Shown: positions 27,168 through 36,375, counted from the first letter of the stretch. The stretch: 41,783 bases of DNA from a virus (IMGVR_UViG_3300023275_000006:1-41783), one strand, 5' to 3'. The notes: a model not told the origin generated them from the sequence alone. Numbers and translations are program-made.

Positions 27168-27752
27168 TTAATCATTTGATTCTGGTTGATTTGCTTGACG
27201 CTCCCATTGTTGACGGCGTTGTTCTTCATATGCAGCGAGTACCGCGCCGCCAAACATGATTGCCCCCGCATTCTCCCAAAGCCCTTCTTCTGGTTCTCGA
27301 ATGATTCCTGTTTGAAGAATCTTTATGGCATCCATCGCATGTGCTATTAGGTGCTCCAGTCCTGCAATCACCCAAGCCTTAGTTAGCGCGGATTCATAAT
27401 TCATGGCGCCTGCATTCCAAGCTGAAGGCCCATGCTTGATTTGGCCAAGTTCAAACCGTTCAGCCATTGCATTGAGGGCTGCTTTAGGGATTAGCGAGTA
27501 TTGTGGTTTCTTGGTCCGTGTTACGTTGCCTGGGAATTTGAGCATGGGTTCGTTAGTGAGTCCTGCTCTGACATCTCCTCGTAAGATTCTGTCATGCATA
27601 TCAAATGTTGCTTTTTGTTGTGCAGCTCTCTCCATTTCCCGCCCGCACGTCTCCTTGTGAACTATGTAATCTGAGTAATCTTGAAACATCTCTTGACAAC
27701 TCCCACAAATGTAGAAGTGTCCTTTGCCTTGTATGTATGTTTTCTGTGCCAT
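27168..27752 (-). CDS. dATP/dGTP diphosphohydrolase-domain (DUF5664-like) protein with N-terminal Zn finger
   Basis: KPQYSLIP..AL..MA.RFE.G..KHG..AW motif; CGSC-x12-H-x3-C. Confidence 0.75.
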   Translation of the reverse strand: MAQKTYIQGKGHFYICGSCQEMFQDYSDYIVHKETCGREMERAAQQKATFDMHDRILRGDVRAGLTNEPMLKFPGNVTRTKKPQYSLIPKAALNAMAERFELGQIKHGPSAWNAGAMNYESALTKAWVIAGLEHLIAHAMDAIKILQTGIIREPEEGLWENAGAIMFGGAVLAAYEEQRRQQWERQANQPESND

Positions 27753-27764
27753 CTTTGTACCTTT

Positions 27765-30212
27765 CTATACCTTAACTTCCTGCATATCATACCAATTCTC
27801 ACCTATTGATGCTTCGGCCGGAATGGTGAGAACTATATCTCGTTTCAATGATCCATTTCTAAAGTCGATGGGAGTTTCGACAGCTTTTTTATGTTTATGG
27901 ATGTAATCATATTCCTGTCCCCTTGGTACCTCAACCATGATACCGTCGTGTGCTTCCGCCAAGAGCCGTGCATACCGAGCAGCGTTAAGTACTTCTGGAA
28001 GGCAAAATTTGGTTTGGTCCCCGACAATGCTTTGAGGTAAATAAGATATCGCTTCGTTCTGTATATTTTTATCTTGTGTTCTTCCAAAGAAATCTCTCCT
28101 GCGCCCGTTTGGTGCTATGAGCATCCTGTTAGTTTTAATTTCTGTTATTACGTCACGATGGAAAACTCCCACAATTTCTGGTTGGAATCCATGAATCTTA
28201 GCGAGCACTTTCTTGCAGAAGTTAATGTCATATCCGGTCATTGCATAGAGTCTTTCTGGACCCATATTTCTCTCGGCGGCATGGCGGACAGTCTTTGCTA
28301 AATGGTATCGTTCAACACCATCTACGAGTACTCTTTTCTTTATTTCTTCAGGAGGACAGTCAAAGACCCAAGAGCCTGTAAGTTTGTGTATACCAATACC
28401 ATTGTCAAAATACCTAAGTATATCGAAATTATTAGCGAGCACAGTATCAACCCGCGCCTCAGCGGAGGCCAAGTCGATTTCGACGAATACGTATCCATAA
28501 CTTGGTACAAACATGAGCCGAATGTCCTGACCATAAGTGATACCGTCAACGACATAACCGTGCTTGCCAATAGTCTGGAGAGAATGTCCCAATGATTTGA
28601 GTTCATATTTTCCTTTTTTGTTGATTATGAGTAATTGATCTGAAGTCTCGCCCCCTGAAGTGCGGCCATTTTTAGTACCTGTGAGATTGAACTCCCCGCG
28701 GAATCTCTTATCTGGGAAGAGTTCTAGATTGACGATTTCTAATACCTTGTGGTGTTTACGACACGCCTTGATTGTTTGGAGTACGTCGATACCAATTTCA
28801 CGCCCGCAGTTCTTGGGCACCCCATGAAGGATCATTAAATCAAGGGATTCCTCATCTGCACCCATTACGCCCCGTTGATGGCGATTATAGCCTAATTCTT
28901 CAAACACAAGATTCTTCATTTGTGTAGAACTGAGGGGATTTAGAAGTGGCTTATTTACTAATTGCTTCAGCTTTTCTTTGTAGATGTTGTAAAGAGTAGT
29001 GTACTTAGCCCAGACCTTGAGGCTCTGTTGTTCGTCAATCCTAATGCCATTACACTCCATCGTTTTGTATATGGGCATGAGTTGAATGAGCTTATCGTAG
29101 ATGTGTTTGACACCACCTTCGTTAAGTTCTTCTTGTTGCTTTGTGTATATCTGATGGGTAGCAAGAGAATCCTTAGCACAATAAAGATAGAGCCGTTCTC
29201 GATTGTGGAGATTAGGGTTGAACTCCTTTCCTTCATCTTTGAAATACGGCAAATCTGTGTAAATACTAGTTAAGAAGCCGAGGTTTTTAGGGTATTCTGG
29301 ATAGATACACCCGGCCGCTAACATGGTATCGCCAGAAATGTTGTTAATGAGGAATTTGAAACGATCTAGAATCTTAGTGTCGTACTTGATATTCTGATTG
29401 ACCTTTGGTAAAAGTGATGCAAGCATCTTTGCTACATAACTAAGCATCAAGGCCCGTTGATCGCGTGGGATTGAATGATCTAGGATTGGTACGGTTACTG
29501 ATTCAAAGCCATCGAAGCAAAAGCTAATACATGTGGGAATCTGTGCCCATGTTTCGATGTCGAATACTACGAACTGTGCAGTCTCGAAATGGCGATTGAA
29601 ATAGTTGCGGAGTGAATCTGCTGTGCGTGCTACCCATATTTTGTACAGATTATCAGGTATCGGCCCGCCTCCGCTGTTCTTAGCTACTTTGCCGAAATCT
29701 AGAACAGAGAGATTTTTAAGAGATTGATCTTGATTGATGTACGGGTAGGGACCAAGAATGGGGAGAACTTTGTAAACTGGAGAAACATTAAGTTCGATCG
29801 GCTTGTCGGGGCGGGTGTCTCGGGAAATGTTACTTGGCAGAACTGAGCCGCGGAACTTTCTAATACCTTTGAGATTTGTGAGTGCTTGGAAACTCAGCTC
29901 ACCCATAGGTATTAAAAGTGGCACGTCTAGTTGGCGAATCTCATTCTCGATTAGCTTTGTTGTCCACTCGGCAACTAGCTGGAGATTGGCTTTGTCTTTA
30001 TGGTAATCATGACCTGAGTTGATTGCTTGTTCTTTGAATAGGCTTGTCAGATAGAAGTTATCAATATGAAGCCCGTTGTGCGTCATCATGTCGATAAGAG
30101 TATTGCGTGTGAGTCCGCTTAATGCGTAGCCCGTAGCAAGATCCTCTTTTAATGGAATATCGCCAATGATGATTGCGGTTGGGCTGGCTGATCCATGACC
30201 CATGATTGCCAT
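27765..30212 (-). CDS. polA: Family A DNA polymerase with N-terminal UDG-like and 3'-5' exonuclease domains
   Basis: ExoI FDIET, ExoII NIKYD, ExoIII YCAKDS; motif A DLASAEAR, motif B AKTVRH, motif C AHDG. Confidence 0.93.
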   Translation of the reverse strand: MAIMGHGSASPTAIIIGDIPLKEDLATGYALSGLTRNTLIDMMTHNGLHIDNFYLTSLFKEQAINSGHDYHKDKANLQLVAEWTTKLIENEIRQLDVPLLIPMGELSFQALTNLKGIRKFRGSVLPSNISRDTRPDKPIELNVSPVYKVLPILGPYPYINQDQSLKNLSVLDFGKVAKNSGGGPIPDNLYKIWVARTADSLRNYFNRHFETAQFVVFDIETWAQIPTCISFCFDGFESVTVPILDHSIPRDQRALMLSYVAKMLASLLPKVNQNIKYDTKILDRFKFLINNISGDTMLAAGCIYPEYPKNLGFLTSIYTDLPYFKDEGKEFNPNLHNRERLYLYCAKDSLATHQIYTKQQEELNEGGVKHIYDKLIQLMPIYKTMECNGIRIDEQQSLKVWAKYTTLYNIYKEKLKQLVNKPLLNPLSSTQMKNLVFEELGYNRHQRGVMGADEESLDLMILHGVPKNCGREIGIDVLQTIKACRKHHKVLEIVNLELFPDKRFRGEFNLTGTKNGRTSGGETSDQLLIINKKGKYELKSLGHSLQTIGKHGYVVDGITYGQDIRLMFVPSYGYVFVEIDLASAEARVDTVLANNFDILRYFDNGIGIHKLTGSWVFDCPPEEIKKRVLVDGVERYHLAKTVRHAAERNMGPERLYAMTGYDINFCKKVLAKIHGFQPEIVGVFHRDVITEIKTNRMLIAPNGRRRDFFGRTQDKNIQNEAISYLPQSIVGDQTKFCLPEVLNAARYARLLAEAHDGIMVEVPRGQEYDYIHKHKKAVETPIDFRNGSLKRDIVLTIPAEASIGENWYDMQEVKV

Positions 30213-30487
30213 TAGAGAATACTCTCCAAATCTGGCGTGGACATTTTAAGCCCAATTCGTATTCCCACTTCGATCATTGTTATTGAAAGTGCAGGCAAGA
30301 TTAGACTTACTGGCATGAGGTGGGACATGACGATAGCTTCTATCATAATGGGGTCATTTTTGATTATCTTAACAATGTCATTATGCTCGGCTAGACATAG
30401 TTGGAGTGCTTCACAATAACAATCTTCGCCATGCCCGAGTGATGGCTGGTGAAAGACTTCGATTATTGCTTCTTCAAGGGTTTTCAT
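30212..30487 (-). CDS. Hypothetical protein (91 aa)
   Basis: TAATG-coupled to polA. Confidence 0.65.
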   Translation of the reverse strand: MKTLEEAIIEVFHQPSLGHGEDCYCEALQLCLAEHNDIVKIIKNDPIMIEAIVMSHLMPVSLILPALSITMIEVGIRIGLKMSTPDLESIL

Positions 30488-30717
30488 TTTAATGAATCTC
30501 TCAATTCCTGAGTTAGATTTTCCTGCTGTTGAAATAAATACTGTTGAACTACTGATTTTGCTTTTGCTTCTGTACTACACCGTGCAATTCTCTTGAGTTT
30601 CTTTGTTTCTTTGTCCCAGAACTGTACTACCCAGTCACATCGTTTTTTGTCGTATGTGTAATGTTTAGGTCTTCGGGTGAATGACATATTCTCTTTCTCT
30701 CTAGTTCTTATTTCCAT
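30484..30717 (-). CDS. AP2-like small DNA-binding protein
   Basis: YTYDKKRCDWVVQF...KRIARCSTEAKA, a three-strand-plus-helix pattern; may start at 30687. Confidence 0.55.
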   Translation of the reverse strand: MEIRTREKENMSFTRRPKHYTYDKKRCDWVVQFWDKETKKLKRIARCSTEAKAKSVVQQYLFQQQENLTQELRDSLK

Positions 30718-30774
30718 CCACTTTTTGAACTAGAATAATTGGGCAGCCGACTGGTCAGAGGAAACCCAATGATG

Positions 30775-30990
30775 TTACGGGATTATGGGCTTGTCGCTCT
30801 CTTCGTCTTCGTCCTCATCATACTCGTCATTTAAATCATCATCGTCCTCGTCGAGATCAAGAAATTCCGGGTCTAGTTCTTCGGAATCTTCTGGTGTGAC
30901 ATTCTCGATTGCTTCTAGTTCTTTCTTCTCTTCTTCAGCCATCTTTTTGGCCTCCTCTTGGTTTATCTGATTTTCTGCTTCTTGTGACAT
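30775..30990 (-). CDS. Highly acidic small protein (71 aa)
   Basis: AGGAG RBS; 33 of 71 residues are D/E. Confidence 0.75.
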   Translation of the reverse strand: MSQEAENQINQEEAKKMAEEEKKELEAIENVTPEDSEELDPEFLDLDEDDDDLNDEYDEDEDEESDKPIIP

Positions 30991-31165
30991 ACTAATACTC
31001 CTTTTCCTGAGTTCTAGAAAATAAGAAAATGGCGTCGGTGGGTCATATCCCAATTAACAACAGATTTACCAGTAAGGGATAGAATTGAATCTATTTGCTG
31101 GGTGATGTTGTTCTCGTTTTCTTTCATATCCGATATTTTATTCGCGCCATGAGTTTAACTACTGA

Positions 31166-31600
31166 CTACTTCGCCCAGCCACCTTCAGCTTTACCGAGCG
31201 GCAGGAAGTTGGTCACTTTATTAATGTAAAGCCCGCCCACCTGCTCGATATCAACAACGAGCGTCAACGATTTACCAATAAGGAGGTCAAGATCATAATC
31301 CCCCTCTGGTATTTCGTCGAGTTTAACATTGTCGATGGCCGCACGAAGACGGACGATTTCAAAGCTGGGGAACATCATCTGAGAGCCGAGCAACGATGCG
31401 TTCTTCATTGCATCATTAAACACGACTTCAAATTCCTTACCAGCATACTTTCCATCGCCCACCGAGAACACCATGCGGTGATTATGAGATTTCTCAGACT
31501 GAGATTTCTTCGACGTCACTTTGGTAATTACTACTGGATATGAGCCTGCTGGCGCTGTAATTGCCGCCAGCTTGTCTGCGAGTGTTGTTTGAATAATCAC
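31166..31600 (-). CDS. DUF669-like ssDNA-binding protein
   Basis: PAGSYPVVI, F.V.DGKYAGK, LIGK.L.LVV and NKVTNFLP motifs; located near the Sak4-like gene. Confidence 0.75.
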   Translation of the reverse strand: MIIQTTLADKLAAITAPAGSYPVVITKVTSKKSQSEKSHNHRMVFSVGDGKYAGKEFEVVFNDAMKNASLLGSQMMFPSFEIVRLRAAIDNVKLDEIPEGDYDLDLLIGKSLTLVVDIEQVGGLYINKVTNFLPLGKAEGGWAK

Positions 31601-31661
31601 TTGGATTTATTCTTCTTTCTGCCTCATTGATTTTACTACTTCCTAAGAACGAGGCCCATTC

Positions 31662-31841
31662 TTAGAGAAACTTGTTTTCGTTCGCTTCAATAACATCTAT
31701 GGAGCGACAATTTAAGAGATATGTCATAGCTTCAGTGTAACCACAGCTACAACCAACGCCATGTGATTTTATTGCTGGACAATCTTTAATATGACTGATT
31801 GTGGCAATGAGCTTGAGTGCATCTTCTATTTTTTGACGCAT
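31662..31841 (-). CDS. Small hypothetical protein with H-x3-C...C-x-C motif
   Basis: AGGA RBS; SHIKDCPA...GCSCG. Confidence 0.6.
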   Translation of the reverse strand: MRQKIEDALKLIATISHIKDCPAIKSHGVGCSCGYTEAMTYLLNCRSIDVIEANENKFL

Positions 31842-31851
31842 TCTTATTTTC

Positions 31852-32166
31852 CTATCGGTACCGAATTGACGGGACTTCAGGCGGACCCATATCGTCATGT
31901 TCTAATTCCTCATCTGGTGGTGCTAATCCCACAAGGTTAAAATATGGCGCGAATCGTTCAAAGCCGTGCTCGTGTAACCAAATCGGATATGTTGGATTAG
32001 GTTCTGATTTTAGCTTGACGATCCATAAGTCGTTGCGGACTTGTATGATCGCGGAAACATCGTTTGGGTCCACGAATGCCCGGCCGCACTTTACTAAAAT
32101 CGGGCGCGTGTCTTGGGGTCCCGGTTTGATTACTTTAGGCTTGGTTTTCTTGGTGGCGTTAAGCAT
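31852..32166 (-). CDS. Hypothetical protein (104 aa)
   Basis: AGGAG RBS before the ATG at 32166. Confidence 0.7.
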   Translation of the reverse strand: MLNATKKTKPKVIKPGPQDTRPILVKCGRAFVDPNDVSAIIQVRNDLWIVKLKSEPNPTYPIWLHEHGFERFAPYFNLVGLAPPDEELEHDDMGPPEVPSIRYR

Positions 32167-32167
32167 G

Positions 32168-33007
32168 TTATTTGACTCCTTTTGCCAAGTTAGCTTTATT
32201 AACTTTTTCAATTTGTTCCATGATTTGTGGAAAGAGCATGGTGTCTGTGATATCCACTTCTCCTTCTGGAAGTTCGGGAAATGTTGTTCCTTCATTCTCC
32301 CCCCTGAAGCGGACCTTATAACGAATCTTGTCTTGCCCGAGCATGACTTTCTTGAAGCTGAACGTGTGATTGAAGTAGATCAAGATGTCACTGGCAATCT
32401 TATCTCGAAGATGTACACGTTCCCCATCTTTAATAGATTCCGCGAACTGGTCAACGTCCCCGTTTGGTTTTTTAGGTTTCTTCCAGATTGGTACGACGTG
32501 TGCAGATATGATTACGTGACATGGGAGGGCGCGAAGGAAAGCCATAACTTGCGAAGTTGCTGTTGCCTCGTACTTATAGTCTTCCGGCCCGGCCAGTGCT
32601 AGTTTTTCGGCATAGTTACCGCGCAGGACTTTATTGTTCTTGTCCATTTCATGTGTGATCCGAACACCATCGAAGATGAAATTACGAGTGAGGCCCGTGA
32701 AAGAACAGAATGCAATAGTCTTGTATTCGAGCTGTCCTTTTGCTGCCTGTTGAATGAACATCTTTAGTTGATTTGTGATTTTCTCAACTGTGGTTTTAGC
32801 TTCGTCGGGAGGATAGTAGTCAAAGAATATATCCTTAGTGCTAACATGCTTGCTACCTGCAATACCATCAACCCGACCATCAAGGTCAAATATGTAAATT
32901 GGTTTTGGGAAGCTAGCAATAGCCGTCTTCTTTCCTGATTTAGTAGGCCCCATGAAAAGGCCCATAAACTTAGTTTCATTTTGTTTAACGTCTGAGAGTG
33001 CTGGCAT
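32168..33007 (-). CDS. Sak4-like / AAA_24 P-loop recombination protein
   Basis: GPTKSGKK, ASFPKPIYIFDLDG and HVIISAH motifs; flanked by nuclease and SSB genes. Confidence 0.8.
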   Translation of the reverse strand: MPALSDVKQNETKFMGLFMGPTKSGKKTAIASFPKPIYIFDLDGRVDGIAGSKHVSTKDIFFDYYPPDEAKTTVEKITNQLKMFIQQAAKGQLEYKTIAFCSFTGLTRNFIFDGVRITHEMDKNNKVLRGNYAEKLALAGPEDYKYEATATSQVMAFLRALPCHVIISAHVVPIWKKPKKPNGDVDQFAESIKDGERVHLRDKIASDILIYFNHTFSFKKVMLGQDKIRYKVRFRGENEGTTFPELPEGEVDITDTMLFPQIMEQIEKVNKANLAKGVK

Positions 33008-33010
33008 TTG

Positions 33011-33469
33011 TTATTTTTCCGTCTCCTGAGTTGGAAATATTCGTGATGGGAGCAAGAATCTAAAATGCTCCTGATTCTTATCTAGCGGCCCGTGATGCGG
33101 ACATATGAGTGTACACTCGACGGGGAATTGGTGTTTGAATGTTTCTGAGTTAGCTGACATTCGTACAAAGAAGCGGGTCTTGAGTTTCTTGTTTATTGTT
33201 TGTTTGAGATGTTGCCACCATGTTGCTGGGGCGTAAATAACATGCGTGAATTCTTCTGTTCTGTAGCTTTGTACTATTTCTCCTTTGAGGAACGCATTCT
33301 GCCAATAGAGAACACGGTTCATTGATATGTAGTCGAATTGTTGAATGATTTCCGTGTTACTTAGCAGCCCATTAATATAATCGGGCCCGAGTTCTTGCTT
33401 TGCGTGGATTTTGAATTTCTCCAAGACCACGTATTCAATCATGGGCATCTTCCAAGGTTCGTTAGCCAT
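33011..33469 (-). CDS. Hypothetical protein (152 aa)
   Basis: GGAGG RBS; PATWWQHLK motif. Confidence 0.7.
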   Translation of the reverse strand: MANEPWKMPMIEYVVLEKFKIHAKQELGPDYINGLLSNTEIIQQFDYISMNRVLYWQNAFLKGEIVQSYRTEEFTHVIYAPATWWQHLKQTINKKLKTRFFVRMSANSETFKHQFPVECTLICPHHGPLDKNQEHFRFLLPSRIFPTQETEK

Positions 33470-33755
33470 TAACAAATTCCTCCGGTAGAAAGAGTGAAAA
33501 CGAGAATGGTCCAACATCACCACAATAATCATATTCTTTAATCCAATTAGTTACTTCAATTGGAAGTGGAAATATGAAATGTGTAGATGTCTTGGGATCT
33601 GTTAATGATGCCTGCCTGTAATTAACTATTACTGGTAAAGCTGATTTCACTTTGCGTGTTATTGCCAGAGCTACTGGACATTCAGAACAATGTTGAGCCC
33701 GACCATGTCGAATGTCATGTTCTGTTACTTCGATGTCAACGAGAATTTCAGCCAT
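33462..33755 (-). CDS. Hypothetical protein (97 aa; CSECPVALAI motif)
   Basis: GAGGAG RBS; I.VT..DI..G...CPVALA pattern. Confidence 0.7.
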   Translation of the reverse strand: MAEILVDIEVTEHDIRHGRAQHCSECPVALAITRKVKSALPVIVNYRQASLTDPKTSTHFIFPLPIEVTNWIKEYDYCGDVGPFSFSLFLPEEFVNG

Positions 33756-34063
33756 TAGTTTGACTCCTCTCCTTTTGGAATTGGCATTTCTACTAATTTG
33801 AGGCCCGAGACTTTCTTGAGCTTCTTCTTTCGGACTATTGATTTGGCCCATTCGATGACTTTGATTGGCCCCGCCTCCAAGAAAGATATGCGGTTATGAG
33901 CCGTATAAAGAAGCCCGAGACACCAATGCATACCAAATAATACATCATCAACCACCCTGTCTTTCGCATTAGGATCGCTGGATTGGATTTTAGAAGCATC
34001 CAAGGTGAGGTGTGCAATGTCATTTAACATTCCTCCTATTGCTGCTGCTGTGTTGTCGTCCAT
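33755..34063 (-). CDS. Hypothetical protein (102 aa)
   Basis: AGGAG RBS; coupled to its neighbours. Confidence 0.7.
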   Translation of the reverse strand: MDDNTAAAIGGMLNDIAHLTLDASKIQSSDPNAKDRVVDDVLFGMHWCLGLLYTAHNRISFLEAGPIKVIEWAKSIVRKKKLKKVSGLKLVEMPIPKGEESN

Positions 34064-34444
34064 TTAGTCATCTCCTATGGGGTTTGTTAAATCCGCGCCC
34101 GGAAAGAGTGAGTCGAGGATGTTCTTAGTTTTGGGTGTGTGCATCCGCTGGATTTCATGTTCCAGAGTTTCGGAGCATTTCTGCGGGCATCTTGGTTTGG
34201 CACGTCGTAAGTCTTCGTTGGTTAATACGAACGTGTATTCCATACAATTGGGGCAGAGTGTCCGTTTACCCACAATGAGTTCCTGAGAGATTAAATACAT
34301 GCAATCAGGATCAGAGCACTTCCATTGAATCACGCCCGTCTTCGTCTTACCGTGACGAATGAACGAGTGAATGTGTTTCATGACTGTGCGAACTGCGATC
34401 TTTTGTGGATCTATGAGTTTACTAGGATTAATTTTTGCTGGCAT
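34064..34444 (-). CDS. Zn-finger protein (126 aa)
   Basis: HxH..C-x4-C, CPNC and CPQKC motifs. Confidence 0.7.
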   Translation of the reverse strand: MPAKINPSKLIDPQKIAVRTVMKHIHSFIRHGKTKTGVIQWKCSDPDCMYLISQELIVGKRTLCPNCMEYTFVLTNEDLRRAKPRCPQKCSETLEHEIQRMHTPKTKNILDSLFPGADLTNPIGDD

Positions 34445-34568
34445 CGTTATTAGTCTCCTCTATATATGGAACCCATGCGGGTAGGTCATGACAAAAATGA
34501 AATACTGCTTTGTCCCATGTGTTTGTTGCCCCGCAGTTTGGGCATCTTTCATGCGCTTGTAGTTTCAA
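34428..34568 (-). CDS. Small Zn-ribbon-like protein (46 aa, TTG start)
   Basis: AAGGAG RBS before TTG; CPNCG...HFCH; fills the gap between two genes. Confidence 0.5.
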   Translation of the reverse strand: MKLQAHERCPNCGATNTWDKAVFHFCHDLPAWVPYIEETNNDASKN

Positions 34569-35484
34569 TTGGAATCTCCTTTCCTTCCTTTTCTTCTTTC
34601 TTCCACGGTGTCCATGCGGGCTTGATACGATAAAGTTGTAATTTCTCTTGTGAGGCTGCCTTACTTGGTGCGTTGCATATTTGGGCAAATTCACAGATTC
34701 CCGAGCCGTATTTCTGGTCGCCGCACATTGCCCAATTGTGGGAATCATCATTGTTCCACTTCTCATATTGGAGGAAGTCAGCAACCTTGTCGAATATTCT
34801 AACTAATCTTTCTCCCCACAGTTCAATCTCATCGTAGTTGAATGATATGAGGTCACGTTTATAGGTTGTCTCTGTATATCCTTTTGTGAGCCGTACATAG
34901 TTGACCACGAACGTAGTTATCGGCCCGAGTAGTGGCCCGAGTTCACGATTCATGGCGTAAATGTAAGTTTTGAATTGAATCTCACGATTGAAGATATAGG
35001 ATTCACGAAGTTGGAATTTGTGATCCATGATAACTGTGAGACCTTGTAGTGTTCCGATTACATCAGTTCTGCCACATATGATATACTGGCGGGTAGCTGA
35101 CTCGAACAATGGTATTGAAAATCCAACTTCGACAGCATCTTTGTTAAGTGGGATGATGTCATTGGATTTGTATTTAGCATTGTGTCCCATTACTCCGGTG
35201 AGCACAGTTAAGCGATCGGCGTCATTAGGAAGCATGAGCACTTCTTCATTTGTCTCAGCCATGTTCACGGCCATGTGATTAGCCGTCTTGAAATCATAAT
35301 TCTCGGCCCGTAGTTCGTAGAACTTCTGTAGGCGTGTGTGCCCATAGGTTCCCATATTCATTGGGCGTTTGGAGTCTTCGGATTTGTTAGTTATGCGTTG
35401 GTTGTATTCGTAGTACCATTGCATAGGACATTTGAGGAATGTTTTGATTTGGCTAGCATCTAACTCTAAACGTAGTTTGTCCAT
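34549..35484 (-). CDS. PD-(D/E)XK nuclease, Cas4/RecB-like, probably with an Fe-S cluster
   Basis: S..KTF..CP, GT.GH, E, GRTD, DHK and QxxxY motifs; C-terminal C...C-x5-C. Confidence 0.85.
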   Translation of the reverse strand: MDKLRLELDASQIKTFLKCPMQWYYEYNQRITNKSEDSKRPMNMGTYGHTRLQKFYELRAENYDFKTANHMAVNMAETNEEVLMLPNDADRLTVLTGVMGHNAKYKSNDIIPLNKDAVEVGFSIPLFESATRQYIICGRTDVIGTLQGLTVIMDHKFQLRESYIFNREIQFKTYIYAMNRELGPLLGPITTFVVNYVRLTKGYTETTYKRDLISFNYDEIELWGERLVRIFDKVADFLQYEKWNNDDSHNWAMCGDQKYGSGICEFAQICNAPSKAASQEKLQLYRIKPAWTPWKKEEKEGKEIPIETTSA

Positions 35485-35691
35485 TTAGTCCTCCACCGCT
35501 TGCCTAATGAATCGACAAACTTGTTGAATTGCGGCCCCTGTTTCCATTTCATCAAGGCTTGTGTTAACATACTTTCCTGTGTCCGGGTCTTGCCAGCGGA
35601 TATAGATTCCACCGGAGTTTGTTTCAAGGCGTTTTAATACTTCTTCGAGGCGCATCCTGAGTTGCTTAGTTTGAGTGTTGGGGTCAGCCAT
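35485..35691 (-). CDS. Hypothetical protein (68 aa)
   Basis: GGAGG RBS. Confidence 0.7.
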   Translation of the reverse strand: MADPNTQTKQLRMRLEEVLKRLETNSGGIYIRWQDPDTGKYVNTSLDEMETGAAIQQVCRFIRQAVED

Positions 35692-35692
35692 T

Positions 35693-36070
35693 TTAAAGAC
35701 CCTCCTTATCTTCTGTGCCTTTGAGTCTTGCTTCCCTGAGCTGTTGAAGTTTGTCGATTAACATATCCCGAAATACATCTTGAATGGGCTGCTGGACTAA
35801 GAAAAGGTGAAACACGATAGCTCCACCATCTAACAGACATGAGCCAACATAATTAAGTGTCGATCCATTTGCGTTGTCGGGTATAAATTCGTCGCCCGTA
35901 GGCACAAGCATGAATTGTTGTTTCTTGGTCGGTACTCCTTTATCGTGTCGAATCCACATTGTTGGGCGATTGTGTTGTTCACGAAACATTAAAATCTCGC
36001 CCCCTTGTGGAACTTCGATAGTCTGGATTCGCTTTGTTTCGAGTGGGTATTTGTATATTACGTGTGTCAT
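35693..36070 (-). CDS. DUF7352-like phage protein
   Basis: IYKYPL...P.G.EIL...Q...P..W, TG, YVGS and VFHLF motifs. Confidence 0.7.
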   Translation of the reverse strand: MTHVIYKYPLETKRIQTIEVPQGGEILMFREQHNRPTMWIRHDKGVPTKKQQFMLVPTGDEFIPDNANGSTLNYVGSCLLDGGAIVFHLFLVQQPIQDVFRDMLIDKLQQLREARLKGTEDKEGL

Positions 36071-36081
36071 TTTTGTTCTTT

Positions 36082-36375
36082 CTAGAGTTCCTGATTCTCT
36101 GATTTGAGTGATTCGAGATACAATGATTTAGCTATTTCTGCACGCAGCGCAATTCGTTCTGCGACGTTAATCATTAAATTGAAGGCCGTGAGATGCTGTG
36201 TGTGGATTGCTGAATCTGGTGAATCATCTGGTATAGAATCAAGCCATTCACGATATGCGCTGAGATCTTCTTTTTCTGATTCTCGCATATGTGGACCCAT
36301 GAGTGAACCTTTGGTCATGGTTTTCATGAGTTCAACTGCGAGATCTTCAATGTTGATATTTTCTGGTGTTTTCAT
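36082..36375 (-). CDS. Hypothetical protein (97 aa)
   Basis: ATG immediately after the upstream stop. Confidence 0.65.
   Translation of the reverse strand: MKTPENINIEDLAVELMKTMTKGSLMGPHMRESEKEDLSAYREWLDSIPDDSPDSAIHTQHLTAFNLMINVAERIALRAEIAKSLYLESLKSENQEL

Noticed and set aside
27168-30212. 2-aminoadenine (Z) genome system
   Set aside because: No PurZ (adenylosuccinate synthetase-like) or HD-domain DatZ gene recognised.
31817-32602. 261-aa plus-strand ORF and other antisense ORFs
   Set aside because: Shadow frames opposite well-supported genes in strictly co-oriented operons.
34549-35484. Cas4 as evidence of a CRISPR-Cas system
   Set aside because: Stand-alone Cas4/RecB-like nucleases are common in phage recombination modules with Sak4 and SSB; no cas1 or cas2 present.
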